DNA of 64,000 nt. It comes from Octopus sinensis. Lineage: Eukaryota. Below the pieces are notes generated by a model. It did not search any database and was not told the origin of the DNA. It saw only the letters and a program-made list of their open reading frames with translations. The DNA is taken from NCBI RefSeq assembly GCF_006345805.1, contig NC_043012.1, forward strand, positions 58,652,001-58,716,000. Direction: 5' to 3'. A program made the translations under genes and the position numbers. Positions 51,590-64,000 of the stretch are shown piece after piece (the first letter of the stretch is position 1; every line of letters starts with the position of its first letter).

Positions 51590-53779
51590 GGCAAGCTAGC
51601 AGAATCGTTAGCACGCCGAGCGGAATGCTTAGCAGTATTTCGGCTGCCGTTACGTTACGTTCTGAGTTCAAATTCCGCCGAGGTCGACTTTACCTTTCAT
51701 CATTTCGGGGTCGATAAATTAAGTACCGGTTACGCACTGGGGTCGATGTAATCGACTTAATACCTTTGCCTCTCCTTGTTTGTCCCCTCTATGTTTAGCT
51801 CCTTGTGGGCAATAAAGAAATACAAATCGTTAGCAGTATTTCGTCTCTCGTTACGTTCTGAGTTCAAATTCCGCCGAGGTCGACTGCCTTTCAAACTTTC
51901 GAGGCCGATTAAATAAGTACCAGTTACGCACTGGGGTCAATATAATTGACTCAATTCGTTTGTGTGTCCTTGTTTGTGCCCTCTGTGTTTAGCCGCTTGT
52001 GGGTAGTAAAGAAATAGGTATTTCGTCTGTCTTTACGTACCGAGTTCAAATTCCGCCGAGGTTGACTTTGCCTTTTATACTTTCGGATCGATTAAATAAG
52101 TACCTATTTCTTTATTACCCACTAGGGGCTAAACACAGAGGGAACAAACAAGGACAGACATAGGTATTAAGTCGATTACATCGACCCAAGTTCGTAACTG
52201 GTACTTAATTTATCGACCCCGAAAGGATGAAAGGCAAAGTCGACCTCGGCGGAATTTGAACTCACAACGTAACGCAGACGAAATACCGCTAAGCATTTCG
52301 CCCGGCGTGCTAACTCGATTAAATAAGTACCATTTACGCACTGGGGTCGATATAATCGACTTAATCCGCCGTTTGTCTGTCTTTGTTTGTCCTCTCTGTG
52401 TTTAGCCCCGTGTGTGTAGTAACGAAATAGGTATTTCGTCTATCTTTACGTACCGAGTTCAAATTCCGCCGAGGTCGACTTTCGGGGTCGATAAATTAAG
52501 TACCAGTTGCGTATTGGCGTCGATCTAATCGACTGGCCCCTTCCCCAAAATTCCGGGCCTTGTGCCTAGAGTAGAAAATAATCGGTAGCATGCTCCGCAG
52601 CATGTCTTTCGTCTTTACCATCTGAGGTTTTGGGGGTTTTTTTTATCGACTCCGAATGGGTAAAGAAAACATCGACCTCGGCGGTATTTGAATCAAGCAA
52701 TATCGCCAAGAATTTTGCCTGGGGAGGTAACGATTCTGCCGGATCACCGCCTTGCTGATAATAATAATCCTTTCTACAGTAGGCACAAAGCCTGAAATTT
52801 GGGGGAGTGGGGAAAGACGATTACTTCTACCCCAGTACTCAACTAGTACTCATTTTATCGACTCCGAAAGGATGAAAAGTAAAGTCGACCTAGGTGGACC
52901 TTGACCTCAGAATGCGCAGACAGACGAAATACTTATTTCATTAATACCCACAAGGGCTAAACAAGGACAGACAAACAGATTAAGTCGTTTACATCGACTC
53001 CAGTGCGTAACTGGTATTTAATTTATCGACCCCGAAAAGATGAAAGGCAAAGTCGACCTCGGCGGAATATGAACTCAGAACGTAACAGCAGACGAAATAC
53101 TGCTAAGCATTTTGCCCGGCATGCTAACGTTTCTGCCAGCTTGCCACCTACGCCTTGATAGTAGTAATCATTTTTTTCTGGGTACAAGGCTCGAAATTTG
53201 TAGGGAAGGTTAAAGTCGATTAGAACGATCCCAGTGCGCAACTGGTGCTTAATTTATCGACTCCGAATGGATGAAAGGCAAAGTCGACCTCGGCGGAATT
53301 TGAACTCGGTACATAAAAACAAACGAAATACCTATTTCTTTACTGCCCACAAGGAGACAAACAAGGACAACACACGGATTAAGTCGATTACATCGACCCC
53401 AGTGCGTGACTAGTACTTAATTTATCGACTCCGGAAAGATGAAAGGCAAAGTCGACCTCGGCGGAATTTGAACTCAAAACGTAACGGCAGACGAAATACG
53501 GCTACGCATTTCGCCCGGCGTGCTAACGATTGTGCCAGCTCGCCGCCTTCAAACAGATTTTTAATTCTTTTCTACTCTAGGCACAAGGCCTGAAACTTTT
53601 AGGAAGGGGGCCAGTCGATTATATCGACCCCAATGCGCAACTGGTACTTAATTTATCGACTCCGAAATGATGAAAGGCAAAGTCAGCCTCGGCGTAATTT
53701 GAACTCAGAACATAAAGATAGACGAAATACAGCTAAGCATTTCGTCTGGCGTGCTTCCGTTTCTGCCAGCTCGTCTCCT
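51590..53779. mobile_element. Array of about 11 MetaSINE-like SINE units in both orientations
   Basis: The GAGTTCAAATTCCGCCGAGGTCGAC core and its reverse complement recur; tail1|GGTATTTC junctions at 52016|7, 52429|30, ~52932 and ~53293. Confidence 0.92.
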
Positions 53780-54299
53780 ACATCTTGATAATAATATCGA
53801 TAGTAAAATTTTTTTGAATTTGATCATAATTCTACTCGACCAGGGATACCCTGAGTTTAACTCACAACTACGACAACAGGCATCATGTCTGAAATATGCA
53901 CTTTTATATGTTATGTTTGAGTTGAAACGAATTCGCAAATATTTAACTGAGTGACCCTCAAATATTACGAGAGGAAAATAAAACGAAGTTACAAATATTT
54001 GTCTTTTTCAACGCATTCATTCTATTTTACTTTATTTTCACTTTATTTTTCTGTTCAACAGATCAACTAAGTACGAATCAATGACAACCTCCCTTACAAA
54101 AAAATAAAGACATAAATGATTATTTGGTTAACCACAAAATATATAAAATAAAATTTGAATAAAAAAACTTGTATACTGTGATCCTTTTTTGCCTTTTTTT
54201 TTCTCGAGAATGAATTCGATTGATTAATTCTTGTATTGATCGTTCTTTGATGAATCCCCATTTCAATAAGCTGAGTTGATAACCAAAATAACTACTCTC

Positions 54300-54794
54300 A
54301 TCTTTCGCTCTTATCATCTGTCTTTTCCTCTCTCTCTCCCTCTATCTTCTTTCTGTCAACACTATTTCTCCTTTCCCGCTTTATTTCTTCTATATCAATC
54401 TTCTTACCACTCTATCATTCTTTGCTTTTATCCCCACCTATCTTTCTCTACATCTGTTCCGCTACTTATTCCTCTCTCTCTGTGTTATCTATTCACATTC
54501 CATCTCTCGCGCTGTTCCTCTCTCACTCTTTCTTTCTCTCTGTCATCTTTATCTCACCTTCCCCTCCTCTTTCTCTGCTTCTGATCCACCTTTCTCTCTC
54601 TCTCCTTCTCTCTCTCCCTCTCTGTCTCTCTGCCTCTGTTCCTCATTCTGTCTGTCTGTCACTCTCTGCCTTCTACTCCTACTCTTTTTCCCACTGTTCC
54701 TCTCTCACTCTTTCTTTCTCTCTGTCATCTTTTTGTAACTCCACTTTGTCATCTTTATCTCACTTTACCCCCTCCCTTTTTCTGCTTCTGATCC

Positions 54795-54837
<43 letters not shown>

Positions 54838-55050
54838 CTCTGTTCCTCATTCTGTCTGTCTGTCTCTCTCTCAGCCATCTACTCCTACTTTTTCTCCCAC
54901 TTTTCCTCTCTCTCTCTTTCTTTCTCTCTATCATCTTTTTTCCAATCCCTCTGTTACCTTTATCTTACCTTTCTTCTTTATATCTTCTCTGCCTTCCTGC
55001 TTGATACCATCTTATCCCTCCCCCATCTCTCTCTCTCCCTCGTTTTCTTT
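54300..55050. repeat. Polypyrimidine (CT-rich) tract with an internal ~207-bp tandem duplication
   Basis: CTGCTTCTGATCCACCTT at ~54575 and ~54782, with CCTCTGTTCCTCATTCTGTCTGTCTGTC repeated. Confidence 0.85.
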
Positions 55051-56669
55051 CTCTGCTTTACACACACAACAGCAACAACAGGATTTAAGAATAAAGAATT
55101 TAAAGACACCAAAGGCTTCTTTTCTTTTTCTTTTCTGCTCAGCCATTTTCAACCCCGAGTCACCCTTGATTGCGCAGACCTATAACCAAATGTATTCCTG
55201 CCGTAACCATCCCATCTTTTAAGAGAAACCTGTAAGATTACATTATCTAATATGACTATTTCTTACTTAAAGATTGAAGCATCAAATCTGAGAGGTATAT
55301 AGCTACTGTTTCTAAAACTAATGAGTACAACAAATTCACAAGGACTTCCTTCTTCGCAGTTTGGATTGGTTGTTCGAGAGAATAAAAACGAATCGATATT
55401 TTAAATATCTGAAATTTTATACGAAATTTTGTCGGCAGTATTACTTAACGTTTGAACAAATAATGCATATATCAATACGGAATTGGTAAATATTGACTAT
55501 CTCTGAAGTGAGATTCTCTGGCAAATGTCCAAAGAACAAACCGACTATTTACCTCTCACACGCCAAAATGTAGTTTGTATTCTTCCTATTTTCTTCTTCA
55601 TTTTCCATTACATTGTCTTCACGTTTTTCCCACCATTTTTTCTGCTTTTACTTATTATTTCTTCCCCCTCTCTCTCTCTCTCACCCTCCCTTTTTCTCAT
55701 CCCCTTCTTTATCTCTCTTTTTTTTTTACTTTGGTTTTTCTTTCGATGTGGTACTTTTTCTTTCTTTTTGATTTCTGTTTTTCATTGCGTTCTGTTGTTT
55801 TTTCACTTTCATTCATAACAGATGCAAAGCTGATATGGTGTGCTTTCTACGTCACCAAATAAAGCAAACAATAGACTAGGATAGATAATATTATTATAAT
55901 ATTGTACTAAATGCTTAGCATTTTCCCTCTTAATAACCTATATATATTTATATATATATTAGGTACATACATATATCGTTAATACATGAATACATATGCA
56001 TGGAAATATCCATACATTCATCCAATTCATACATACATACTTCCATATGTATGTATATATATGTAGGAAGTAAAACATTGGGATGGAAAAATAAGCAGCG
56101 TATGAAGGGCTTACTAAATATAAGACGCACTTAACTTCACTCATTCAAGAGCTTAACCAAACTTCAATCACATGGTTTATGACGTATTAAGAGATTACTG
56201 TGCGAAAGTATTGCTCAGAAGAAGCAGCACATTCTTTTTGTATTTGAACATTAATAGAAGATTAGAAGCAAAGCGAAGCTTTATAAAATCCAATTAGAAT
56301 ACTTGAAGGTTATAAGCGAGCACGAAATAGGAACAATAACGATTTATTTAGCCAACAATGCGAGTTAATTTATATAAACCATCTGAACATATTGTGTTAC
56401 ATTTATAATTAATAGTTATCCAGAGCTTACTTCAAAGCTGGTTGTCGAATAAAAGACGCAGGAGAACGGTTACTTCTTTTTGCATAAGTGTATTGCGTAT
56501 TTCTACGACACGTAGCGTAGTGGTTCGGGGTGTGAGCCTGACGTTCATAACGTCGTGGGTTCGATTTATTAACCTTTTTAGCATTCAGTTTATTTATTCA
56601 CATTGTTTTGAATTCATCATGTATTGTCCTATAGCTTTCAGGTTTTGATGAGATAACTCCTTTTGTTTT

Positions 56670-56846
56670 TTTACTTTTTTCAGTCATTTGACTGTGGCCA
56701 TGCTGGAGCACCGCTTTAGTCGAGCAAATCACCCCAGGACTTATTCTTTGAATGCCTAGTACTTATTCTGTCGTTCTCTGTTGCCGAACCGCATCGGTTG
56801 TCAAGCGATGTTGGGGGGACAAACACAGACACATAAACTTATACAT

Positions 56847-56897
<51 letters not shown>

Positions 56898-57065
56898 TAC
56901 GACGAGCTTCCTTCAGTTTCCGTCTACCAAATCCACTCACAAGGCTTTGGTCGGCCCGAGGCTATAGTAGAAGAGACTTACCCAAGTTGCCACGCAGTGG
57001 GACTGAACCCGGAATCATGTGGTTCGTAAGCAAGCTACTTACCACAATCCCACTCCTACGCCTAT
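56670..57065 (-). mobile_element. CORE-like SINE
   Basis: Family match. Confidence 0.88.
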
Positions 57066-57276
57066 ACTAACAGTTAATTTTAGAACGATATTGTAGGGTT
57101 GGTGTGAGAGGCTAGATCTCACTGGTAGAATAATTTGGCCTGATATGGTCACGCTGTTCCAGTTTACTTAACGGCAAATGCGTAACTGACTTATGGTACA
57201 ACCTTCTCTTCGTCTCCATTTGTCACCTCCGAGATATTCTGCTCGATCAACGGTTGAAGGGCAGTGAACAGATTCT

Positions 57277-57603
57277 TTGCTCACGATTACACATGCATCT
57301 ATAACAAAGAGCGAAACCGTGGAAGAAATCATCACCATGTCATTCTCACTTATTAGTAACAACTATGTTGCCGTATTAGGGAAAGACTTAGAATATAACC
57401 GGGTGCTGTCTGGAAATCTGTATGAAGAAGTGCAGAAGAATTTAAACGCAACCACTACTTTCCCGGCCAAAATGAAGTTTTCTAATATTGCCCGACGACT
57501 AACAGTAGCAGAAAATGTTCACAGTGTTCGCACCTTACCGTTTCCAAAAGCGAAAGCTACTCTGAATGGTGCAATTCCAGATGCGCGTAATATTAGAAAA
57601 TAA
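57277..57603 (+). CDS. Candidate unassigned coding segment (possible terminal exon), unverified
   Basis: 108 codons of non-repetitive, protein-like sequence outside recognised repeats; no recognised domain; weak splice signals. Confidence 0.2.
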   Translation: MLTITHASITKSETVEEIITMSFSLISNNYVAVLGKDLEYNRVLSGNLYEEVQKNLNATTTFPAKMKFSNIARRLTVAENVHSVRTLPFPKAKATLNGAIPDARNIRK

Positions 57604-58511
57604 TGGCTTTTGATTAAGGCAAAATGTAAAAAAAAATTGTGAGGTGTGGATTCGATATCATCCATTCTAGTGCATTACTAGTGCTTTGTTTTCTCAATCC
57701 CTGAAGGATGTCTATCAAAGTTGACCGCCCGGAGATTTGAACTCAGATTGTAAACAATCTGAACTTTTAACGTTTCTCCCAGCTCCCGCTATACTCTGCT
57801 TGTAAATATTAAGACGTATTAATCATGATTGGGAAGTTTTTGATAAGGTTACGCTAATCCTCCTCCACCTATCCTCTTACTACTACTACCACTACTACTA
57901 CTACCACCACCTCTGAATGAAATTTTTACAGAATTGACTGTCTTTCAGACCAATGCTTTAAACACTTTATTCCGGGCGACTTATGTATGTGAATCGTGTT
58001 TATGTTTGTCTTATTTATTCTATAAAGAACTTGGTGTTAACACCATTCTTCGTTATACGTTTCGAGCAAGCCAATTCATTATTGGTGAACTGAATTTCTG
58101 GTGGTGACAGACAAGGAATATTATCTGCAACTCGGGAGCGGAACACATGCCAGGCAGAATAATTTTGTTTATTATAATCTTATTATAAGACCTTCGGATT
58201 TTTTGTTGTCAGTTTTCTTGCCAATGCCTAGGTCTTTCGCCAATATCAGCAAAACACAAACGCATACACATGCGACTAGTCACTCTCTATTAAAAGTACT
58301 CAGATTACTTAGATTAGATCGTAAATGTATTCTGCAAATTTTTATCAGTCCTAAAGCGGCTAGAAACAATCTCTGAAATTTGATGTCCTTATGACGGTTA
58401 TTGAACCAGAAATACATATCCGCAGCTGTGCTCGTATCTCCAGACAATAATCCTGTCTTCTTTTTCATTATGGCATGTTGTTGGATTTAATTGTAATTAA
58501 GTGATTATAAT

Positions 58512-58760
58512 GTGAAGGCGCGTGGCTTAGTGGTTAGGGTGTCAGCACCATGATCGTAAGATTGTGGTTTCGATTCCTGGAACGGGCGACGCGTTGTGTT
58601 TTGGAGCAAAACACTTCATTTCACGTTGCTCCAGTCCACTCAGCTGGCAAAAATGAGTAACGCTGTGATGGACTGCCGTCCCGTCCCGCTGGGGAACTCA
58701 TACGCTATTGAAACCGGGAAACCGAGTCCATGAGCTTGGCTAGGCTTTAAAAAGGGCGCA
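58512..58760 (+). mobile_element. Full-length tRNA-derived SINE with a V-domain-like 3' module
   Basis: GTGAAGGCGCGTGGCTTAGTGGTTAGGG...GGTTTCGATTCC...GCTGTGATGGACTG...GAAACCGGGAAACC. Confidence 0.85.
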
Positions 58761-59139
58761 TTTGTTTTTTATTTAAGTGATTATAATACAACCTCTCGAG
58801 GCGGAAATAATTTTAATAAATCAAGGTTTCCTGTCTTAATTGATATACCTGGAATTGTCTATGTTCAAATACATCTGCTGAACACTGAGTTATTTCTTTC
58901 AGTACATCACTGTTGAAATTATATATAAATATAGAGTTTGGATAGGATTTCTGACGCTCTTGATCAAGCTTTTATTTTCTGACAAACAGAGCAATCTAAT
59001 TTTTATTAGTACATGTATGACTGTCATACATGAAATCCAGCTTATTATCGTTTCAAAACCATTCCTAGTAGTAGTAGTAGTAGTAACGCCAGCTGCAGTA
59101 AAATTAGTAGTAGTAGTAGCAGCATTAACTTCAGTAATA

Positions 59140-59390
59140 TTAGTTTCAAATTTTGGCACAAGGCCCGCAATTTTAGAGAAGAGGCTGAATCAATTACATT
59201 GACCCCAATACCTGACTGGTACTTTATTTTATTAACTCTTGCCACCACCACCAAAAAAAAAAAAAATGTTTGAAGGCAAAGTGGACCCTAGCGACATTTG
59301 AAATCAGAACGTGAAGTCGAAAGACATACCACTTAGCATTGTGTCTTTTTTCCCCCCACTCGGAGCAGTAACGATTCTGCCAGCTTGCTG
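59140..59390 (-). mobile_element. Old MetaSINE-like SINE
   Basis: GTTTCAAATTTTGGCACAAGGCC tail (reverse complement) and GATTCTGCCAGCTTGCTGC head. Confidence 0.75.
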
Positions 59391-60481
59391 CTTGAAAACT
59401 AAATTAATATTGCTGAAGACAATGTGTTTGGATTGTACTTATTTCACATTACTGTCAATAATTTTTGTTGTTTTTCGTCACAAAGGTCTCCCTTTAAACA
59501 ACAGTTAAGCATTGCACCACAGACCTGAAGTTCGTGTCTGCCGAAATGTAAAGAGAATATTAAGAGCACTAAGTGTCAACTTTTACGACTCAATGTCTGA
59601 AGCAATCTAAGCGACAGTATATGAAAGAAGTTATGTCACAGCTGTAATGTTATTAATATGTAATACAGAATTCTGTGGTAAATCAGCTCTTACACCATTC
59701 ACTTTCATATAAAAAAATAATAAAACCTAAATTGTCAAATAAATCAATTTAACTTTTGTACTTTATAATGATTAAACTCTTAAAAAATGTTTTGGCGTCA
59801 AAAGAGAATGCAATGGTTAAATTAAAAGCGCCTGAATTTTGTTACTGAATCTTCTTGAAATAAGCTAAATTTTCTTTCAGTTTAACATACCTTTTGAACA
59901 GGGAAAATTATCACCGATGCAGTCCTAGATACTTGTAAACGTGATAAACGAGATTTATGCTTCGTCATCGATCACAGGTTTGCTCGGTTAATGTTATCTA
60001 GAGTTAAACAATACCAATATATTTCTTGGCTGTAGACATTATATCGATGTGAATAGAAATAGCAGCTCTCTCAAATTATCTTAAAATTGCACACCGCTAT
60101 CAGTTATGAAAAACAACAAACGACAAACGGGACAGCAGTGTCTTAGGGTGAATCCTTTACCTCATGTGACCACCACCACTGGGTCCTTGGGTTCTTTCAG
60201 TCGATGAGACTCTGTTGCAAGAATTTGGATTGGATCTCAGGTCTGAATATCCTTTTCACCCACTAGTCCCTGGTGGTGGTCATGCATCTGCCATTTGTTC
60301 TGTATCCAAGAGACGAAAGAATAAAAAGGAAAATATATAGTCCGGGATTAAAAAAAAAGTAAAAGATAGGATGGCCAAAGCTGGAATAGTTTGATCGTAA
60401 GTCTGCCCGATACGGACTGAGCCGAAGTTTTATAACATTAACAAGATCAATAACTATTTCAGTAAGGATTCTTACAACATG

Positions 60482-60655
60482 GGTAAGTCGATCACATCGA
60501 CCCCAGTGCTCAACTGGGAATTACTTTATTCACCCCGAAAGGATGAAGCGCAAAGTCAACCTCGGTGGAATTTGAACTCAGAACGTAAAGGGCGGACGAA
60601 ATGCTGCTAAGAATTTTGCCCGGCGTGTTAAAGATTCTGCCAGTTCGCCGCCTTA
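60482..60655 (-). mobile_element. MetaSINE-like SINE
   Basis: Core GAAAGGATGAAGCGCAAAGTCAACCTCGGTGGAATTTGAACTCAGAACG. Confidence 0.85.
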
Positions 60656-61159
60656 TCACAAAATTTTAGATGACACATATGACAGGGACTCGAATGTGAC
60701 ACATTCAGGGTTGAACATTTGTGAGCTGGTGGTTTTGCTCTAATCAGTCTCCTAATGCAGGATTAGATGCCGCATTAGGTGGAGAAGCAATTCTGCAGTT
60801 GTTTTGGCCCCTTGCACTGCGACACCAGAGCTGCCCGGGACCACTCACTGATGCTGGCGATAAAACTCACACTCAACAGCATGAGGTTCGTTGAGTCAAA
60901 TGTTGCAACTCCAAACCACAGTAAGTGATACTAACATAAAAGCGGTGGCCTTGGTGTGATGTTTAATACAAACTAAAGAACAGAACGTATCAATAAGCCT
61001 CAACCCCATTGCATCCATTTTAGTGTGGAGTTGCTCTATAACTGAGCTGTTAAAAGACGAAGAAGCTCCGTCGGTTATGCTGACCAAGTAAATACTGATA
61101 AGCGTTTTGTCCATTATGTTAGCGATACTGCCACCAAGCTAACTTAACATAATCCTTTC

Positions 61160-61370
61160 TGATATAGGCACAAGACCAGAAATTTTGTTGGAAGGGGATA
61201 ATCGATTTCATTGAATCCAGTGCTCAACTGGGACATATGTTATCGAACTTGTATAAATGAAAGGCAAAGTCGACATCGGCGAATTTGAACTCACAATGTA
61301 AAGCCGGATCAAATGCTGCTGAGTCTTTTGACCGGCGAGCAAACGATTTTACTAGTCTTGCCGCCTTTGA
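61160..61370 (-). mobile_element. Old MetaSINE-like SINE
   Basis: AAAGGCAAAGTCGACATCGGCGAATTTGAACTC core. Confidence 0.75.
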
Positions 61371-62064
61371 TATTTATAATCAAAATGAAAGCTTTGAGTT
61401 GAAATTGTTTTGAATTGAAATTTAGTTCAGTTATCCCTATATTTCGGAACTTCCATCAAATGCCTTCCAACCATGGCCATCACCACATTTTCTATAATAG
61501 TAAATACATTTTTTAAAGTGTCCTTCCATTTCTAAGATATTTGTGTGTGATATGAAGAGTATATGTCTACTGTGTCTTGCAATTTTTGTGACTGCAAATA
61601 CACAACTCTGTGGGTTTTTAGTTGAGTATTTTATCCATTGGATTTAATTTTGTGTGTACGAGGAATGATTCGAGACAGATATAGCTGTTATTTCTACCAG
61701 GTCACACGAAAAAGAGAAACTTTTTACCGGTGGATACTGTACTAGCAAAGATAAACAAAGGATCGTCTTGAGTCGACACTCGACTTCTTATAAATGGCAG
61801 CCAAATCTACATCCTACCATCTTTAAAAAATGAAGAAATATAAAATGATGGTGAGAGTTGCAGTGTATTTTTCCTTAGAATAGTCTCCTACATCAAGGCT
61901 GATTTGGGTACTAAATGCTAACATTATCGATTTGGTCATTGACATAGCAGAGTGGCGTTGTGCACGATGAGATTCGAGCTGTCGACCATATTACTTGTAA
62001 AGCGCCAACTCAGTTAAGCTAAACAGTTTGACTAACTTTTAAGATAATATTGATTTGAAATTTT

Positions 62065-62230
62065 AGCACAAAGCCAGCAAGTTTGGGTCAAGGTGTAAGT
62101 CGATTAGAGCGTCCTCAGCGCTAGACTGGTACTTATTTTATCGTTCAGAAATAACGAAAGGCAAAATCAATCATGACGGAATTTGAATTCGAAACTTAAA
62201 GACGGACGAAATGCCTTTAAGCATCTTATA
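62065..62230 (-). mobile_element. Old MetaSINE-like SINE
   Basis: TTAGCACAAAGCCAGCAAG tail and ACTGGTACTTATTTTATCG core. Confidence 0.65.
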
Positions 62231-62627
62231 TGGCGAGCTCACTGCCCAAACCTTTAAAATAACATTCGTAGCTATGATTATAATTCTATCCAACATAAAC
62301 ACCGTCAACGCTAGTTAAATGAGGAGTAGAGTCTTAATGCGTCGCTGAAATAGGTAGGAAGAGTAACGAAACATCTCTCATCGGCGTAGGTTATTGTTAT
62401 GGCAAGAGAAAAAAAAAACGTAAGAATGGTCATGGATGTTATGTCCTAGATGAAATGTGCGCTTTGCTACATCATTCACAACACGCTCGCCATTATCGTC
62501 ATCATGAACATCATCACATTTCAAATACATCGGGTACTACGTAGTGCAAGCATTTTATACCGACACGTAGGTATAAATAAGGGCAGATGTAATATTGATA
62601 TTTTTGTATGGGTTCGGTAGAATGAAA

Positions 62628-62629
62628 TA

Positions 62630-62664
<35 letters not shown>

Positions 62665-62703
62665 CGTTTCTACTATAGGCACAAGGCCTGAATAATAATG
62701 ATG

Positions 62704-62743
<40 letters not shown>

Positions 62744-62880
62744 TATAATAATGATAATAATAATAATAATAATAATATTAATGATAATAATAATGATAAT
62801 AATAATGATAATAATAATAATAATAATAGTAATAATAATATTAATGATAATGATAACAACAAGAATAATTATAATAAAGT
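62628..62880. repeat. (AAT)n tract containing a ~30-bp SINE tail2 remnant
   Basis: TTTCTACTATAGGCACAAGGCCTGAA at ~62666-62691 embedded in AAT repeats. Confidence 0.85.
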
Positions 62881-64000
62881 GTGAAGTAAAATCAAATAAT
62901 CAAATATAATTGAAGAATTGAAGAAGCAGTAAAGAAGTTAAAGATAGGAAAGCGCAAAATAGAATGCATATTTAATGAAATTACAAAAAGGTTTGGAAAA
63001 ATAGGTTTGTTTAAATTCAATGAATGCTAATGTAGTTATTATGTTAATTTTAGTATAAAATTAGATTTGACAGTGTTATGATAAAATGAATTCATACAAC
63101 TGTTCCTTAAAATATGAAGACAATTCTGCTGAGATGAAGTAATGGAATGATTACAAATATTGATGGGTGGATTTTTTGTATGTTTTTGCTTTGTATATAT
63201 TTCCTATTTTCTGTTTTAATTATGTTTTGCTTTATTCTGTTGTTTGTTTAATAATTCTTGCAATAATCTCAAGAGTATTTAAAGAACATTGTCGCAAACA
63301 AAGGAATTATGTTTTAATATTAAAATTGTGTGTTCACGGTAAAAATGGCCGAGTCATTGGAAGCCTGGACCGGATTATATATTTTATCGTATATGGTTTT
63401 GTTCGGCTTCGTTGTACTGATTTCAAATCTCACGGGATTCTCGCCATCTTACATTATTTCGGGGAAGGAAAACAAAATAAGCTATAGTAATGCAATGAAC
63501 TAATGAGTATTCCCATCCTCATAGCTGAGCTTCAAGGTCCTCAGATGCAACCACAATTCCGCGCTATTCTCAGCATTCCCGTGGTGCAGCTACAAACTTC
63601 ACCAAAAGTCTCCCCTTCCAGACCTTGATGCAATCGCTTCATATTTAACATTAACATCTATGATCCCGCTTCCTGTTCTCGCAGCCCCCGAAAGTAGATT
63701 AAATTTCTACACCCTTCTTTCCCTTCACTCGTCCCATATGGACCTGCATTTAAAGAAACCATGTAAAAAATATACAACGAAGCTCTCTTGCTATGCAGCG
63801 CTGGGAATAATTTATACAAATGATTTGCTTCTTGAACGATGTTGTATGAACACAATTAATGACAACTTATCAACGAACTTGGTCAATCCTTTCAAATATA
63901 GATGAAACTTTGTCGGACAATTTTTTTATTATAAAGAAAATATTTAAACTTAATTCATAAAATTTACAATGAAACATATAATAACTCTCTGAAATTACTG

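Noticed and set aside
51590-53779. CRISPR-like appearance of the recurring ~30-bp core
   Set aside because: The units are ~200-bp SINE bodies in both orientations with no unique spacers, in eukaryotic context with no cas genes.
54422-55222. 266-aa Leu/Ser-rich ORF
   Set aside because: It derives from a CT-rich low-complexity tract, which is naturally free of stops.
58512-58590. tRNA genes here and at 1-81, 26103, 27164, 44750 and 56505
   Set aside because: A/B boxes are present, but there is no closed cloverleaf and each continues into a shared SINE body; these are SINE heads.
63510-63570. CR1-like LSYE(E/D) motif on the minus strand
   Set aside because: A single short motif with no supporting flanking homology.

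Overview
AT-rich, microsatellite-laden eukaryotic non-coding DNA, either intergenic or a large intron. The repeat content (tRNA-headed SINE families, RTE/CR1/Tx1 LINE relics, long GATA/CA/TA tracts) suggests an octopus (coleoid cephalopod) genome; this is an inference with no database check. There is no prokaryotic gene, CRISPR array or confidently supported host exon. Nearly all tracked ORFs are microsatellite or transposon artefacts. The main discovery is a linked Tx1(L1-clade) LINE / SINE system. (i) Four Tx1-family relics end in the same 3' tail as one subfamily of the most abundant SINE. (ii) One Tx1 copy (19006-23776, minus) sits inside that SINE at the site GGTATTTC with a 13-bp TSD. 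(iii) Tail-bearing SINE copies occur at exactly this junction at several loci, building head-[body-tail1]n-body-tail2 arrays (23790-24192, 51590-53550). (iv) An ORF1-only, HAL1-like derivative of the same family lies at about 31680-33240. Also present: a second SINE/LINE tail partnership (CORE-like SINE with a CR1-like LINE), three Helitron-like elements, hAT/Tigger/foldback MITEs, an 880-bp near-identical tandem duplication and several long hairpins. Coordinates were read by eye; repeat edges are approximate unless defined by a TSD or TIR.
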